Of a stretch of 61,365 bases of DNA, positions 8,246 through 18,290 are shown one piece after another. Position 1 is the stretch's first letter. Each line of letters starts with the position of its first letter. The position numbers and the translations under genes are program-made. This DNA is from a virus (Duplodnaviria > Caudoviricetes): the IMG/VR virus record IMGVR_UViG_3300032218_000733, positions 1 through 61,365 of that record; one strand, given 5' to 3'. Under the pieces are notes generated by a model that searched no databases, was not told the origin of the DNA, and worked only from the letters and a program-made list of their open reading frames with translations.

Positions 8246-8640
8246 TAGAAAGGAACCTCTACATCATCCATATGCCAATCTTTTATTCCTTCAAAAGACT
8301 TTTCTTGATTTTTATTTAAGCTATATGTTGTTACCGCAATTGTATCTGCATTAACTTCGTATGTAGTTCTATTGTTTCCTTCTTTATCTGCCCAGGTTTC
8401 CTCATATATCTTACCCATGATTACAACCTCTTGTCCCTTTTTAAGGGTATTAACTGCTTGCTCTGCAAGACTTTTCCAAGCCTTTACTGTCCACCAGGAA
8501 GTATTCTTATCATCCCAGTTTCCAGTTGCATCATTTTTTACACGGTCATTAGATACAACACGCAATCTAATTCCCCCGCCATTTAACTTAATTGGATCTT
8601 GTCCTACACGACCAACTATTGTTATTGTTGGATTAGCCAT
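8245..8640 (-). CDS. ssb: Single-stranded DNA-binding protein, bacterial OB-fold type
   Basis: ITIVGRVGQDP, W..LAE....LKKG..V...G, acidic tail ending VPF. Confidence 0.9.
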   Translation of the reverse strand: MANPTITIVGRVGQDPIKLNGGGIRLRVVSNDRVKNDATGNWDDKNTSWWTVKAWKSLAEQAVNTLKKGQEVVIMGKIYEETWADKEGNNRTTYEVNADTIAVTTYSLNKNQEKSFEGIKDWHMDDVEVPF

Positions 8641-8944
8641 TTTTGTTTTCCTCCCAAAATGCGATCAAGTCTTCTAAGACTGACCACTCAATGATTCCAA
8701 GACGAACCTTAGAATCCTCACCGATTATAATTTTAAGAGCGGGATGCATATCACGACTTACCTTAAAAGTATCTGTACAGATTTTAGCCCATACATCTTT
8801 ATTTAAATTAAATGATGCTTTGGCTTCTTTATAGTCCACAAGGAACTGATTCCACTTTGCATCACCTTTTTGATAGTCGCCACGACCACTATTTTTTTGT
8901 GCCTTAGCGCCATCACGTTTAACTTCAGATCTTTCAGACATCAA
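8633..8944 (-). CDS. PD-(D/E)XK Holliday-junction-resolvase-like nuclease
   Basis: E.....G....NSGRG...KGD......VDYK pattern. Confidence 0.65.
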   Translation of the reverse strand: MMSERSEVKRDGAKAQKNSGRGDYQKGDAKWNQFLVDYKEAKASFNLNKDVWAKICTDTFKVSRDMHPALKIIIGEDSKVRLGIIEWSVLEDLIAFWEENKNG

Positions 8945-9132
8945 TCAACCTGAAACTTATTCTCATGTTTATTAGAACATGTCCAATACATTATTCTATT
9001 ATCGGAATCCCACCACCCACCAACAACGTCAAGCTCACAGTACATACACGATCTTATTCCGCTAAGCTCTTCAAACGTTGTATTAATTTGCTTAGTTTCT
9101 TTTTTATCAAAAAATTCATTAAGATCTGGCAT
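8941..9132 (-). CDS. Small Zn-ribbon-like hypothetical protein
   Basis: CxxC...CxxxH. Confidence 0.65.
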   Translation of the reverse strand: MPDLNEFFDKKETKQINTTFEELSGIRSCMYCELDVVGGWWDSDNRIMYWTCSNKHENKFQVD

Positions 9133-10123
9133 TTATTTCTCCTATTAAGTTGTCTACAACATCTGGATTTTCTTTTAAATATGCTACAGCCTTTGCACGT
9201 CCTTGAAAACGTTCTCCATTCACTGTATACCATGCACCACCCTTTTCAATAATTCCACACATTTCTGCAACATCTAGAGTCTCTCCAACCCTATCTACAC
9301 CCAGAGTTTCCCCTTGGTAGTAAAAGTCATACTGTCCTGATAAATTTGGGGGACCGAGTTTGTTGTAATCAATAATCCAATTAACTGGTCTTCCAACCCT
9401 TTGTTCAATGATTTTGTCGCCAACTTTAATCCCAGCCTTAATAGCATTCGCCTCAGCTTCAGACGACCAGAGTTTAATGACAGTGGAAGAAAAGAACTTG
9501 ACTGCCATGCCACCTGTTGGGATATGACTAGCATGCATAGATCCAAATTGATTTCGTTGTTGTGAGATGAGAACAAGTAATGTGTTTTTGTTTGCATAGT
9601 TTAACATCTTGACTGCGTGGGTCATATCCTTTGCTTCTGCGCCGATTTGCTTAGTATCTTGCAAATCCTTCATTTCATTTCCGTCTTTTTCAAAATAAAT
9701 TCCTGGTAAAAGTGCTGATATTGAGTCAACTACTATTAGGTCTACTCCAGCCTCCATAAGCTTTACTCCAACATCTACCATATCATTTACTGTTTTTGCT
9801 GATGAATAAATTAATGCAGATGAATCTACACCTAATGACTCTGCCCACGATTGATCATATGATGCTTCTGCATCAATCCATGCACAGGTTTTACCTTCTT
9901 TTTGTGCTAAAGCAATCATTTGTAAACAGAAAGATGACTTACCAGCAGACTTATTGCCCCAAACAAGTACTTGTCTGCCATAGCCTAGCCCACCTTTGAG
10001 TGACATGTTAAGTCCAATTGAAGGTGTTAATTGTTTTTCTACTTTTACATTTTGTGCAGACTGAACTCTTGCTCTTGTTTTTGGATCTAATTTTGCTAGT
10101 ATATTATCTAACTCAGTTGTCAT
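9119..10123 (-). CDS. recA: RecA/UvsX-like recombinase
   Basis: GNKSAGKS, WIDAE, VVDSISAL, GGMAVKF, KGGAWY, RFQG. Confidence 0.92.
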   Translation of the reverse strand: MTTELDNILAKLDPKTRARVQSAQNVKVEKQLTPSIGLNMSLKGGLGYGRQVLVWGNKSAGKSSFCLQMIALAQKEGKTCAWIDAEASYDQSWAESLGVDSSALIYSSAKTVNDMVDVGVKLMEAGVDLIVVDSISALLPGIYFEKDGNEMKDLQDTKQIGAEAKDMTHAVKMLNYANKNTLLVLISQQRNQFGSMHASHIPTGGMAVKFFSSTVIKLWSSEAEANAIKAGIKVGDKIIEQRVGRPVNWIIDYNKLGPPNLSGQYDFYYQGETLGVDRVGETLDVAEMCGIIEKGGAWYTVNGERFQGRAKAVAYLKENPDVVDNLIGEINARS

Positions 10124-10156
10124 TTATATTCTTTCTTCTCTCTGTTTAGTATAGCA

Positions 10157-10504
10157 TTAAAATAAATTTCCGTGAAGCTTTGGACGGTCTTTATTTATAT
10201 TCATTTTTTTATTTAAAATTTCATCTAAACTATGAAGTACCGCTTCTTCATTTCTCATTGCTGCGTATATATCAAGCAGTCGAATAATAACATCTGCCAT
10301 TTCTTCTACAACCTTTTCAGATCCATGATTTTTTCTGATAGCCTCTAAAACTTCAGTTACTTCTGAATGGACAAGGGCAAGCTTATTTCCAACTTTGTCA
10401 TGTGTATATTCTCCATCCCAAAATCCCTTTTCTTTTGCTGTCTCATGTAGTAGTGCCGCAAGAGCATCTAGTCCATAATCAGTAACTAATTCATTCTGTT
10501 CCAT
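10157..10504 (-). CDS. MazG-like NTP pyrophosphohydrolase
   Basis: HSEVTEVLEA, EEMADVIIR, KM..N..RP. Confidence 0.85.
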   Translation of the reverse strand: MEQNELVTDYGLDALAALLHETAKEKGFWDGEYTHDKVGNKLALVHSEVTEVLEAIRKNHGSEKVVEEMADVIIRLLDIYAAMRNEEAVLHSLDEILNKKMNINKDRPKLHGNLF

Positions 10505-10691
10505 CTTGATCCTTTAATTTAAAGATAAATGATTCTGCATCACCATCATATTGAATTTCTAATTCTCTGTCTATATTTGTTTCATCTAAAAATAAACTAC
10601 TTGGAACTTCAACCTGCTTATAATGAAGTAGTATTGAAGTTAGTATCTTTGAAACATCTATCTGAACAGATACTTTTTCTTCTTCTGTCAT
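10491..10691 (-). CDS. Hypothetical protein
   Basis: 66 aa, ATGA overlap with the dnaE stop. Confidence 0.65.
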   Translation of the reverse strand: MTEEEKVSVQIDVSKILTSILLHYKQVEVPSSLFLDETNIDRELEIQYDGDAESFIFKLKDQDGTE

Positions 10692-13600
10692 TTTACTTCC
10701 TTAACCATTAATGTTCCATCATCCAATTTAGATAGAACTGGCTTACAAATCATGCCCTCTCGCATTTTGCCTAAAGCCATTTTATATAAAGTAGAAAATA
10801 CAATTGCTCTGGTAAGATTTTTATCCTTATCGGTCATAACAATATGAGCCATTGTTTTGCCTGCCTTAGTTTTATAATTAGTAAAATCAACTACTAATTG
10901 TTCTTCTGCATCCATACTGTATTCTTTTGTATATAAATATTTAACAAACGGGTCTTCGCTATTAGGATTAATATCTGAAACCTTAACATATCTAGAAATT
11001 CTATTATCTCCGACAAGGATGAAGTACATTTGATTTGTTTCAATGGGTGTATCCTCATTATGGAACAGCCCAATTGATCCAGTTTCATCTACTAACTCTA
11101 CTCGTGCCCAGCCTTTTCCAGTTCCACGTTTAATTGATTTAACCATTCCAAACATAACAAACGAACCTAGATCATCAAAATCTTCAATTGGTTTACATTG
11201 TGCTTTAATGCGTGGGGGCAAATCTAAGTTAAATGTTGGTATTCCTAAGTATTCGTAGTAGTTGTCTTTTTCTTGTCCCGACCTAGGATTATCTTCGAAG
11301 GCAGCGCCACCAATTGAATTAAGGGCAGTAACAGCTCTACTATTAATACCGCTACCTTTTTTAGAAGACTTTTCAATAAATTCTGCATAATCTTTAAATG
11401 GTCTCTTCTCTATAATTTTGTTTGCAATACTATCTGAAATAAATTTTACCTCAGCTAGCCCAAACCTAATTGCATCTTTCTGTAAAGAAAAATATAAACT
11501 TGATTCATTTACATGTGGAAGTAATACTTTAAGACCTAAACGCTTCGCCTCAATTAAATACTCCGTTCTCGCATCTTTATCATTTTCATTTTTAAGAATC
11601 GAAAACATGAATTCAAGAGGATAATACTTTTTAAGCCAAGCAGTGTAATAAGACAAAAGGGAATAAGCAACAGCATGGCTGCGATTAAAGGAATAGCCAG
11701 CGTGAGCCTCAAACATATGCCATAAAGCCTCAGCTTGTTTCTTTGATATATGCTTTGAGGCGCCTTCAACAAACTGGTCTTTGAACTGGTCAAATTCTTT
11801 TGCATCTTTCTTCTTTCCAATAATCTTGCGGACCTTATCAGCCTCTGACCAAGACATTCCACCTAAGTGGACGCAAGCTTGCATAACTTGCTCTTGATAA
11901 ATGATAACACCATATGTATTTTCTGTAAAGGGCTTCATAATTGGGTGAACAAACTCAACGGCTTCACGACCATGCTTTCTTCCAATATAGCTTGCGCCTA
12001 CTGTATTCATTGCTCCTGGACGAACAAGGGCGTTAGAAGCTGCAAGATCTTCAAAATTACTTACACCCATTTTCATCAATAAATTTGTGTAAGGGGTTGC
12101 TTCTGCTTGGAACACACCCTTGGTATATCCTTCGCTTAATGTTTTAAATACTCCATCATCATTTAATGGTAATTCAGATAAAGTAATACCTTTGCTATGT
12201 CTTTTTTGAATTGATTCTAAAGTATCTGAGATTACAGATAAAGTCTTAAGCCCTAGCGCATCTAATTTAATAAGACCTATATCTGCAACCGTATCCATAT
12301 CGTATGCGACGACTGGAATTCTTCCCGATACTGCATCACTTGCATCAGCCCTTGATTCTACTGGAGCATATTTACGCAAATCATCTTTTGCAACAACAAC
12401 TCCTGCAGCGTGTACGCCAACAGATCTAATTTTTCCACGAAGTTTATCTGCAAGCCATACTACCTCTGGGTATTTAGTTCTAAACTCTTTAGTATTCGGT
12501 GAATCCATAAAGTCTTCGAAAGTATCGACAGACTTTAGGGCTTTATTAACATCTGAAAGGGGAACCATAAATACACGAGCAGCATCACGAACAACACCTT
12601 TATCCTTAAAATAAGTAAATGTAGAAATAGATGCTACATGCTTAAACTTCTTTTTTAAATAATCTTTAACTTCTTTTCGTCGACGATCCTCAAAGTCTGT
12701 ATCAATATCTGGAAAGTCATTTCGTTCAGGGTTAATAAATCGAAAAAACAAAAGGTCATATTTAATAGGATCCACATCTGTAATACCTAATGTATAACAA
12801 ACTAAGGATCCAGCAGCTGAACCACGGCCTGGACCAACCATAATATTATTAGTTTTTGCCCAATTAATCATATCTCCTACAACAAGGAAATAAGATGCAA
12901 AATTTTTATCCTTAATAACCTTTAGCTCTTCATCTAGGCGAGCCTTATAGACCTCATCAGAAGCCTTCCCAAGGCTCTCTAAGCCTGCTTCAGCCATTTC
13001 TCTAAGCTTCTTATCAGCATTAGTTTTTGGGACTGGCAGAAGGTCTAACCCTTGATTAAAATCATATTCAGATACCTTATTTGCAATTTCCATTGTATTT
13101 TCATAAATGTCTATTCGATTAATTCCAGCCTTATTAAAATCTGCTTCAATTTCTGAGCGGGACTGAATAAATAAATTATAATCTTGAAATGAAATTCTGC
13201 GGTCTGGATAAAGATAATTAAATCTAGCTAACATGTCCTTCATTTGACGAGACATTTCAAAGTCTGCATCTTTGTCTGCCTTAGGAGATGTTGATAAAAT
13301 AAGCATGGCTTCTTCTAATACAGCATCTTCCCCTTTAGCAAAGTGGGCATCGCCTGTGGCTACCGCTTTAATTTTTAATTCATCAGCCAATTCAAGTAAC
13401 TTTGAATTTATTTCTTTTGGATTGTGTGATTGAACCTCAATGTAAAAATCATTACCGAAAGTTTTTTGAAAATCTTTAAGAACCAATTTAGCTTCATCAA
13501 ATTCGCCCCTTTCGATAGCCTTAGAAATAAGACCATTAAGGCATCCAGACAATACAATAATACCTTCAGCATATTCCTTTAGCGCCTCTCTATCAATACG

Positions 13601-13960
13601 TGGCTTATGATAAAACCCTTCATTCCACGCAAGTTCCTGCAAAATATTAATATTCTCTAAACCATTTTTATTTTTAGCAAGCAAGATTATATGATTATAT
13701 GCCTGAATTGATTTATCGGTTTTAGATGAGCGGTCAAATCTATCTGTTGGAGATATATATGCTTCAACTCCAAGGATTGGCTTAATGCCAATTTCTTTAC
13801 ATGCAATTTGCATATCACGATGTGAAGACAATGTTCCATGATCTGTAATTGCTAATGCAGTTTGTCCTGCATCCTTTGCTGCCTGTGCTAGTTCGGCAGG
13901 AGAATTAAGCCCATCCATTAAAGAATAGTAGCTATGCACATGTAAATGTGTGAATGACAA
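10688..13960 (-). CDS. dnaE: DNA polymerase III alpha subunit (family C)
   Basis: PHP domain (HLHVHS, TDHG, DAH), GPGRGSAAGS, PDIDTDF, GYSFNRSHA, C-terminal OB folds. TTG start. Confidence 0.96.
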   Translation of the reverse strand: MSFTHLHVHSYYSLMDGLNSPAELAQAAKDAGQTALAITDHGTLSSHRDMQIACKEIGIKPILGVEAYISPTDRFDRSSKTDKSIQAYNHIILLAKNKNGLENINILQELAWNEGFYHKPRIDREALKEYAEGIIVLSGCLNGLISKAIERGEFDEAKLVLKDFQKTFGNDFYIEVQSHNPKEINSKLLELADELKIKAVATGDAHFAKGEDAVLEEAMLILSTSPKADKDADFEMSRQMKDMLARFNYLYPDRRISFQDYNLFIQSRSEIEADFNKAGINRIDIYENTMEIANKVSEYDFNQGLDLLPVPKTNADKKLREMAEAGLESLGKASDEVYKARLDEELKVIKDKNFASYFLVVGDMINWAKTNNIMVGPGRGSAAGSLVCYTLGITDVDPIKYDLLFFRFINPERNDFPDIDTDFEDRRRKEVKDYLKKKFKHVASISTFTYFKDKGVVRDAARVFMVPLSDVNKALKSVDTFEDFMDSPNTKEFRTKYPEVVWLADKLRGKIRSVGVHAAGVVVAKDDLRKYAPVESRADASDAVSGRIPVVAYDMDTVADIGLIKLDALGLKTLSVISDTLESIQKRHSKGITLSELPLNDDGVFKTLSEGYTKGVFQAEATPYTNLLMKMGVSNFEDLAASNALVRPGAMNTVGASYIGRKHGREAVEFVHPIMKPFTENTYGVIIYQEQVMQACVHLGGMSWSEADKVRKIIGKKKDAKEFDQFKDQFVEGASKHISKKQAEALWHMFEAHAGYSFNRSHAVAYSLLSYYTAWLKKYYPLEFMFSILKNENDKDARTEYLIEAKRLGLKVLLPHVNESSLYFSLQKDAIRFGLAEVKFISDSIANKIIEKRPFKDYAEFIEKSSKKGSGINSRAVTALNSIGGAAFEDNPRSGQEKDNYYEYLGIPTFNLDLPPRIKAQCKPIEDFDDLGSFVMFGMVKSIKRGTGKGWARVELVDETGSIGLFHNEDTPIETNQMYFILVGDNRISRYVKVSDINPNSEDPFVKYLYTKEYSMDAEEQLVVDFTNYKTKAGKTMAHIVMTDKDKNLTRAIVFSTLYKMALGKMREGMICKPVLSKLDDGTLMVKEVK

Positions 13961-13985
13961 CTTAATTCTCCGCCTTAACTAACTA

Positions 13986-14657
13986 TTACCAGCTTACATC
14001 AGATGATGTAGGCGATGTAGACTCTTCATGTCCATTTTGACCAGAGAAAAATCCTTCTTGATCTGTGTAAGGCATATCACGAACTGCAACTTTTTCTAAT
14101 TCATACAGCTCAACTGCTGATGAATCAAATGGTGCCTCATCTTTTGCCAATGGAATAATTGTGTAACTTGTGTCTGTCTTTGTTCCAGAACGCTTGATAC
14201 GCCATACTAAGTTAGAAATACTTCCAACTTCTCCAGCGTACTCAATAAGTGTTGGTGTAACTGCTTTACCGCTTGCGCCTTGAGAAAGAATTGCAACATA
14301 TGGATCTTCTTTACCGTCTTCAACTAAAACATTAATGTATAGACGAGCACGAGCCTTCCAGCCTGCTTTAAAATCTTTGCGATGTTGTTCGCAACCCCAA
14401 CACTTACCCTGATCATCCATTGAACACAAAGCCTTACGACGGTAATCCCCTGGGTTTGTATGCTCATTAGCAATAAAACCAAGTCCGTTTTCTTTATTAT
14501 AGTGTGGTGAATCAGGATCTAATTCCTGTAAAAATCTAATCTTAACGCTCTCGCCATCTTCAAGCTTAACCCAACGAGCTTTTGTTCCATCACCTTCTGA
14601 ATAAGAAGGCTTATCAATTGCTTTATTTAATTCTTTTAATCCTTTTGCAATACCCAT
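13986..14657 (-). CDS. Phage ssDNA-binding protein, T4 gp32-like
   Basis: GESVKIRFL, H...C...CxxC Zn site, R.YINV, IKRSG...DT.Y, acidic aromatic C-terminus. Confidence 0.7.
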   Translation of the reverse strand: MGIAKGLKELNKAIDKPSYSEGDGTKARWVKLEDGESVKIRFLQELDPDSPHYNKENGLGFIANEHTNPGDYRRKALCSMDDQGKCWGCEQHRKDFKAGWKARARLYINVLVEDGKEDPYVAILSQGASGKAVTPTLIEYAGEVGSISNLVWRIKRSGTKTDTSYTIIPLAKDEAPFDSSAVELYELEKVAVRDMPYTDQEGFFSGQNGHEESTSPTSSDVSW

Positions 14658-14707
14658 TTGTATCTCCTTGTTTATATAGTTGATGGTATATATCCATCTG
14701 TATGTTT

Positions 14708-14716
14708 ATTATATCA
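14708..14716 (-). promoter_or_regulatory. Extended -10 promoter (TGATATAAT) for the SSB-dnaE unit
   Basis: The primase stop TGA doubles as the TGn; ~45-nt leader with a hairpin and SD AAGGAG follows. Confidence 0.6.
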
Positions 14717-15712
14717 CAGTGTCCAAGATCTGTATTCTATATCGGATACAGAGTTTTTAATACAAGCCTTTATTTCCTCATCGGTCAAATCGCCTGCATC
14801 TTTTGCATTATGTGGATATATCTTACCATATTCGTAAGAAGCCCACAAGAGGTCCTTATTTCTTAATTTACTAGCTATTGAGTATCCCAGTTCCCTTCCC
14901 GCCTTATCAGTATCAGTCATAATAGTTATATGATTAAAATATCTATTTAATAAATGATGTTGATCTGGAGACAAGAATCCTCCAAGAGTTGCAACAACAT
15001 TTGGAAAACCTGCTTGATGAATTCTAATTGCATCAAAATTAGACTCAACAATAATTACATGGTCACCAATTTTTTTGGCACGATGAATATTAAATAATGT
15101 TTTGCTTTTTGGCAGATTAGTACTATTTTTAAAAGACTTACCCTCAATTGATCTTCCAACTAATCCAATTGGAATTCCATCTGGACTATGAACTGGTGTT
15201 ATAATCATATTCATATTTTCAGAATAACCTAGTTTAAAATACTTCATTGATTCTTCATTGATTCCACGACTATTTAAATATGTTCTGGGAGCTTCAATAC
15301 TCCCCAACTTATTATAAAGCTGGTCTAATGCTTCTTGTGAGAATTCCTCAAATACTGGCTTTTCTTCAAATAAACTTTGAAGCGTTTCATCAAAATTATT
15401 TAATGATTCAGTTTCTTTTGTGGCAATAAAACGCAACGCCTCATAGTCATTTTTATTAAGAACACGTTTAATTAAATCTAATAATGTGCCAGCTTCGCCA
15501 CATGCTGGATTAAAACAAATAAATTTACCGTATTCTTTGCTTACACTAAATGAAGATGTATGCCTATTAGAATGAAATGGACAATAGCATAGATAATCGT
15601 TGCCTGTTTCACCAGTTACTTCCAGCCCAATTCCTTTTACAATTGCTTTAATGTGGCTGGGGGCGTAACTCGTGGGATCAGTTTTCCCTGTGATGCTCCC
15701 TCGTATTGCCAT
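14714..15712 (-). CDS. dnaG: DNA primase (CHC2 Zn finger + TOPRIM)
   Basis: CPFH, CFNPAC, YL.SRGI, VES.FDA, DTDKAG, KDAGD. Confidence 0.9.
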   Translation of the reverse strand: MAIRGSITGKTDPTSYAPSHIKAIVKGIGLEVTGETGNDYLCYCPFHSNRHTSSFSVSKEYGKFICFNPACGEAGTLLDLIKRVLNKNDYEALRFIATKETESLNNFDETLQSLFEEKPVFEEFSQEALDQLYNKLGSIEAPRTYLNSRGINEESMKYFKLGYSENMNMIITPVHSPDGIPIGLVGRSIEGKSFKNSTNLPKSKTLFNIHRAKKIGDHVIIVESNFDAIRIHQAGFPNVVATLGGFLSPDQHHLLNRYFNHITIMTDTDKAGRELGYSIASKLRNKDLLWASYEYGKIYPHNAKDAGDLTDEEIKACIKNSVSDIEYRSWTL

Positions 15713-15954
15713 GACTTCCTCTTTCCCACATAGAATCCATAAATGGACATTTTAAATCTCCACTCATCTTGCATAGGATTATACTCTGTTGTCCAAGCTG
15801 GGTCAATATCTAGTGCTTTTATATAACCCATATCACGCATTTGAACATCAAGAATTCTTTCGTTTAGTGCTTTTATATCCGCCGTTAATGAATCATTTAA
15901 GAACTGACCCTCAATAGAGAAATGTTTAATTTTTCGGTGCAGGGTTGTAGTCAT
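15637..15954 (-). CDS. Hypothetical protein
   Basis: Start moved to MTTTLHRK (SD TAAGGA); the longer track ORF overlaps the helicase. Confidence 0.65.
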   Translation of the reverse strand: MTTTLHRKIKHFSIEGQFLNDSLTADIKALNERILDVQMRDMGYIKALDIDPAWTTEYNPMQDEWRFKMSIYGFYVGKRKSWQYEGASQGKLIPRVTPPATLKQL

Positions 15955-17164
15955 ATAATTCCTTAATAACTCCTCGGTTGATATCCCAATCAAGGTAGAA
16001 AGCAAAATCGCTTCCGTGTCTGTTCTTTCGTGATACAACCTCAATTAAATTTGTATCTGGGTATCTATGAATAGCAATAGCCATGTCTGCATCATACTCA
16101 ATTGCTTTAGACCATGCCACCTGTGATAGTACTGGAGGACCATCTTGATCTGATACATCGTCCATAGTTGCAGCAGTAATATCAATGACTGGAATATTGT
16201 TAGTCATAGCAAGCATCTTAAATTCACGAGAGATATTCATATTTCTTTCAGTTGCACCATTACTACGTTTTGTATCTGTAAATAGCTGATGATAATCAAG
16301 AATAACAAGATCTGGTTTATGTTGATCTATTTTTGCCTGAACAGTATTAGCATTAACATCTGACATCCCCTCACTCGATACAAGAACAAATCCGTTTTTA
16401 TCTTCAAACTTCTTTTTACCCCAAGAATTAAAATCTTCAATATTAATATCTCCACGAGCAAAATCTGATGCTCTAAATAATCCTGAACCCATCATTGTAT
16501 AGATACGGTTACGCATATCTTCTGGTGACATTTCAAGGGATACAATCATTGGTTTAAATCCTTGCTCCCATGCTTTACATGCAAGATAAGACGTGAACCA
16601 GGTTTTACCTCGTCCTGGCCAACCAATAGCAACAATTAAATGTCCTGGGGCCATTCCAGTTGGATATGCTTTATCAATAGCTTCAAACCCAGTTAAAATT
16701 CCTGGTGCGCCACCCATTAATGCCGAACGTTCTTTAACTGCTTGAAAATGTTTTCCTGCTGATTCAAAGTCTGTGACATCTACGTCACGAACATTATTAG
16801 TAAATTTAGAAAGAGATGAAAGTTGTACTTGCATATTTGCTATAACTCTAGATGCTGCATCTTCTTTTAATGCGGATCCAGATTGAATAATAATTCCTTT
16901 TAATTTAGAAGTTAAATATTCATTCTTTAGTTTATCTAAATAAAATCCAGTTTCTGCAGAAACTTTTGGATCAGGATCAAAATCTTTAAACTTATCCTGT
17001 AATATCCCAATCTCTGGAACTGCTTTAAATTTTGCATAATAAGACTTTAGGCCATCCCAAACATCTCTATGTGATATAAATAACTCATCAACATTTTCTG
17101 CAAGCAGGGTGCTGATGTCTTTGTTTTTACAGACCGCCGAAATTAATGTTGCTTCTGTATTCAC
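15926..17164 (-). CDS. dnaB: DnaB-like replicative helicase
   Basis: GWPGRGKT, SLEM, ILDYHQL, IEYDAD, KNRHG. Confidence 0.92.
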   Translation of the reverse strand: MNTEATLISAVCKNKDISTLLAENVDELFISHRDVWDGLKSYYAKFKAVPEIGILQDKFKDFDPDPKVSAETGFYLDKLKNEYLTSKLKGIIIQSGSALKEDAASRVIANMQVQLSSLSKFTNNVRDVDVTDFESAGKHFQAVKERSALMGGAPGILTGFEAIDKAYPTGMAPGHLIVAIGWPGRGKTWFTSYLACKAWEQGFKPMIVSLEMSPEDMRNRIYTMMGSGLFRASDFARGDINIEDFNSWGKKKFEDKNGFVLVSSEGMSDVNANTVQAKIDQHKPDLVILDYHQLFTDTKRSNGATERNMNISREFKMLAMTNNIPVIDITAATMDDVSDQDGPPVLSQVAWSKAIEYDADMAIAIHRYPDTNLIEVVSRKNRHGSDFAFYLDWDINRGVIKELYDYNPAPKN

Positions 17165-17481
17165 TCTTCACCCTCAACTAACCTCTTTGTAGCCTCTCGC
17201 AATTTGCGACGAACTTCTTTATCCTTTTCTGCATTCTCCATGAATGCATCCATTCTATCAAAATTATTATAGAAGAAATTAAGCGGGTGACCAGACTTAG
17301 CTGTATGAAAATAATATTTTAATAACTCGCTAGCCTTATTAAACCCAACACTATCTATAACATCCTGCATAGCCCATTTTTCTCTAAACTTATTTACAAC
17401 TAGGGCTTTACCATATTTCTCCTTATAGAGATTTTGATACTCTGTTAGAAGAATATAAGGTTCTTTTGGATTACTTGCCAC
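17161..17481 (-). CDS. Hypothetical protein (replication-module)
   Basis: 106 aa, overlaps the dnaB start. Confidence 0.7.
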   Translation of the reverse strand: MASNPKEPYILLTEYQNLYKEKYGKALVVNKFREKWAMQDVIDSVGFNKASELLKYYFHTAKSGHPLNFFYNNFDRMDAFMENAEKDKEVRRKLREATKRLVEGEE

Positions 17482-17680
17482 CCTTTAATTCCTCTTCCAC
17501 TTCACGAGTTTTTTCAATAAGCTTTTCTTCTACAAACTTATACACTCTCTCTGTGGCAGTATCGACATTCTCTCCATGGCGAACGTCATCTTCAATGCCA
17601 ATTCCAATTTTGATACTTTCATAATTTCCAAGGTTGCGTGTAAACGATAGGTCTACCTTAACTCTAGTTTCTGACATCAT
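17471..17680 (-). CDS. Hypothetical protein (TRNLGNYES motif)
   Basis: 69 aa, coupled to neighbours. Confidence 0.7.
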   Translation of the reverse strand: MMSETRVKVDLSFTRNLGNYESIKIGIGIEDDVRHGENVDTATERVYKFVEEKLIEKTREVEEELKGGK

Positions 17681-18159
17681 TCCGCCTTCCAGACTGGTAC
17701 AAATTTTCCTGATTCTGTCTTAGTATACAATATAAAGCTGTGTTTGAGAAGAGCCTGCAATTCTGTTTTAGAGGGCAGCTCTCTTAAATATCCAGCATCT
17801 AAAATAAATTGATGAATGTCCATAATGTCTGATTCGCTTAACATAAATTTAGACCATGAACTTTCTGGATTACCAATTGGATAAACTCTTTGAGGCTCTT
17901 TAATTTTGCCTTGAAGAATATATTCCTCTAGTGTAACCTTGTGTCTGTTTAATAACTTGGCGGCCTCTGTAATAGAATACGCATTTTGCATATATTTATC
18001 TACCTGAGTATATGAGTACATTACTCTTTTTTTATCAGGGTAACACCAAGCAATCATCTCATCCCTTGCTCTAGATCTCTTTATGACTTTATGAACTTTG
18101 TCATTTAAGAAGAAATAGAGAAACTTTTTTGATGCTGTGTTTCTCTTTTTTCCAGCCAT
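17677..18159 (-). CDS. DNA-binding protein with MerR/excisionase-like HTH
   Basis: YSITEAAKLLNRHKVTLEEYILQGKIKEP. Confidence 0.7.
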   Translation of the reverse strand: MAGKKRNTASKKFLYFFLNDKVHKVIKRSRARDEMIAWCYPDKKRVMYSYTQVDKYMQNAYSITEAAKLLNRHKVTLEEYILQGKIKEPQRVYPIGNPESSWSKFMLSESDIMDIHQFILDAGYLRELPSKTELQALLKHSFILYTKTESGKFVPVWKAE

Positions 18160-18290
18160 TTTGCCAACTCATTCGTTTCTTTATTAATCATCCATCGTTT
18201 TCCGCACATAACGCAAAACAATTCCATATGTAATTTTTGAGAGAATACTCTATCAATAAATACTCTGCCTGAACATCTTTGACACCACAT
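18105..18290 (-). CDS. Zn-ribbon protein
   Basis: CQRC.G...CVMCG. Confidence 0.7.
   Translation of the reverse strand: MWCQRCSGRVFIDRVFSQKLHMELFCVMCGKRWMINKETNELAKWLEKRETQHQKSFSISS

Noticed and set aside
1616-17164. Inteins or introns in terL, recA, dnaE or dnaB
   Set aside because: Lengths are typical, conserved motifs are contiguous, and no splice-junction or homing-endonuclease motifs were seen.
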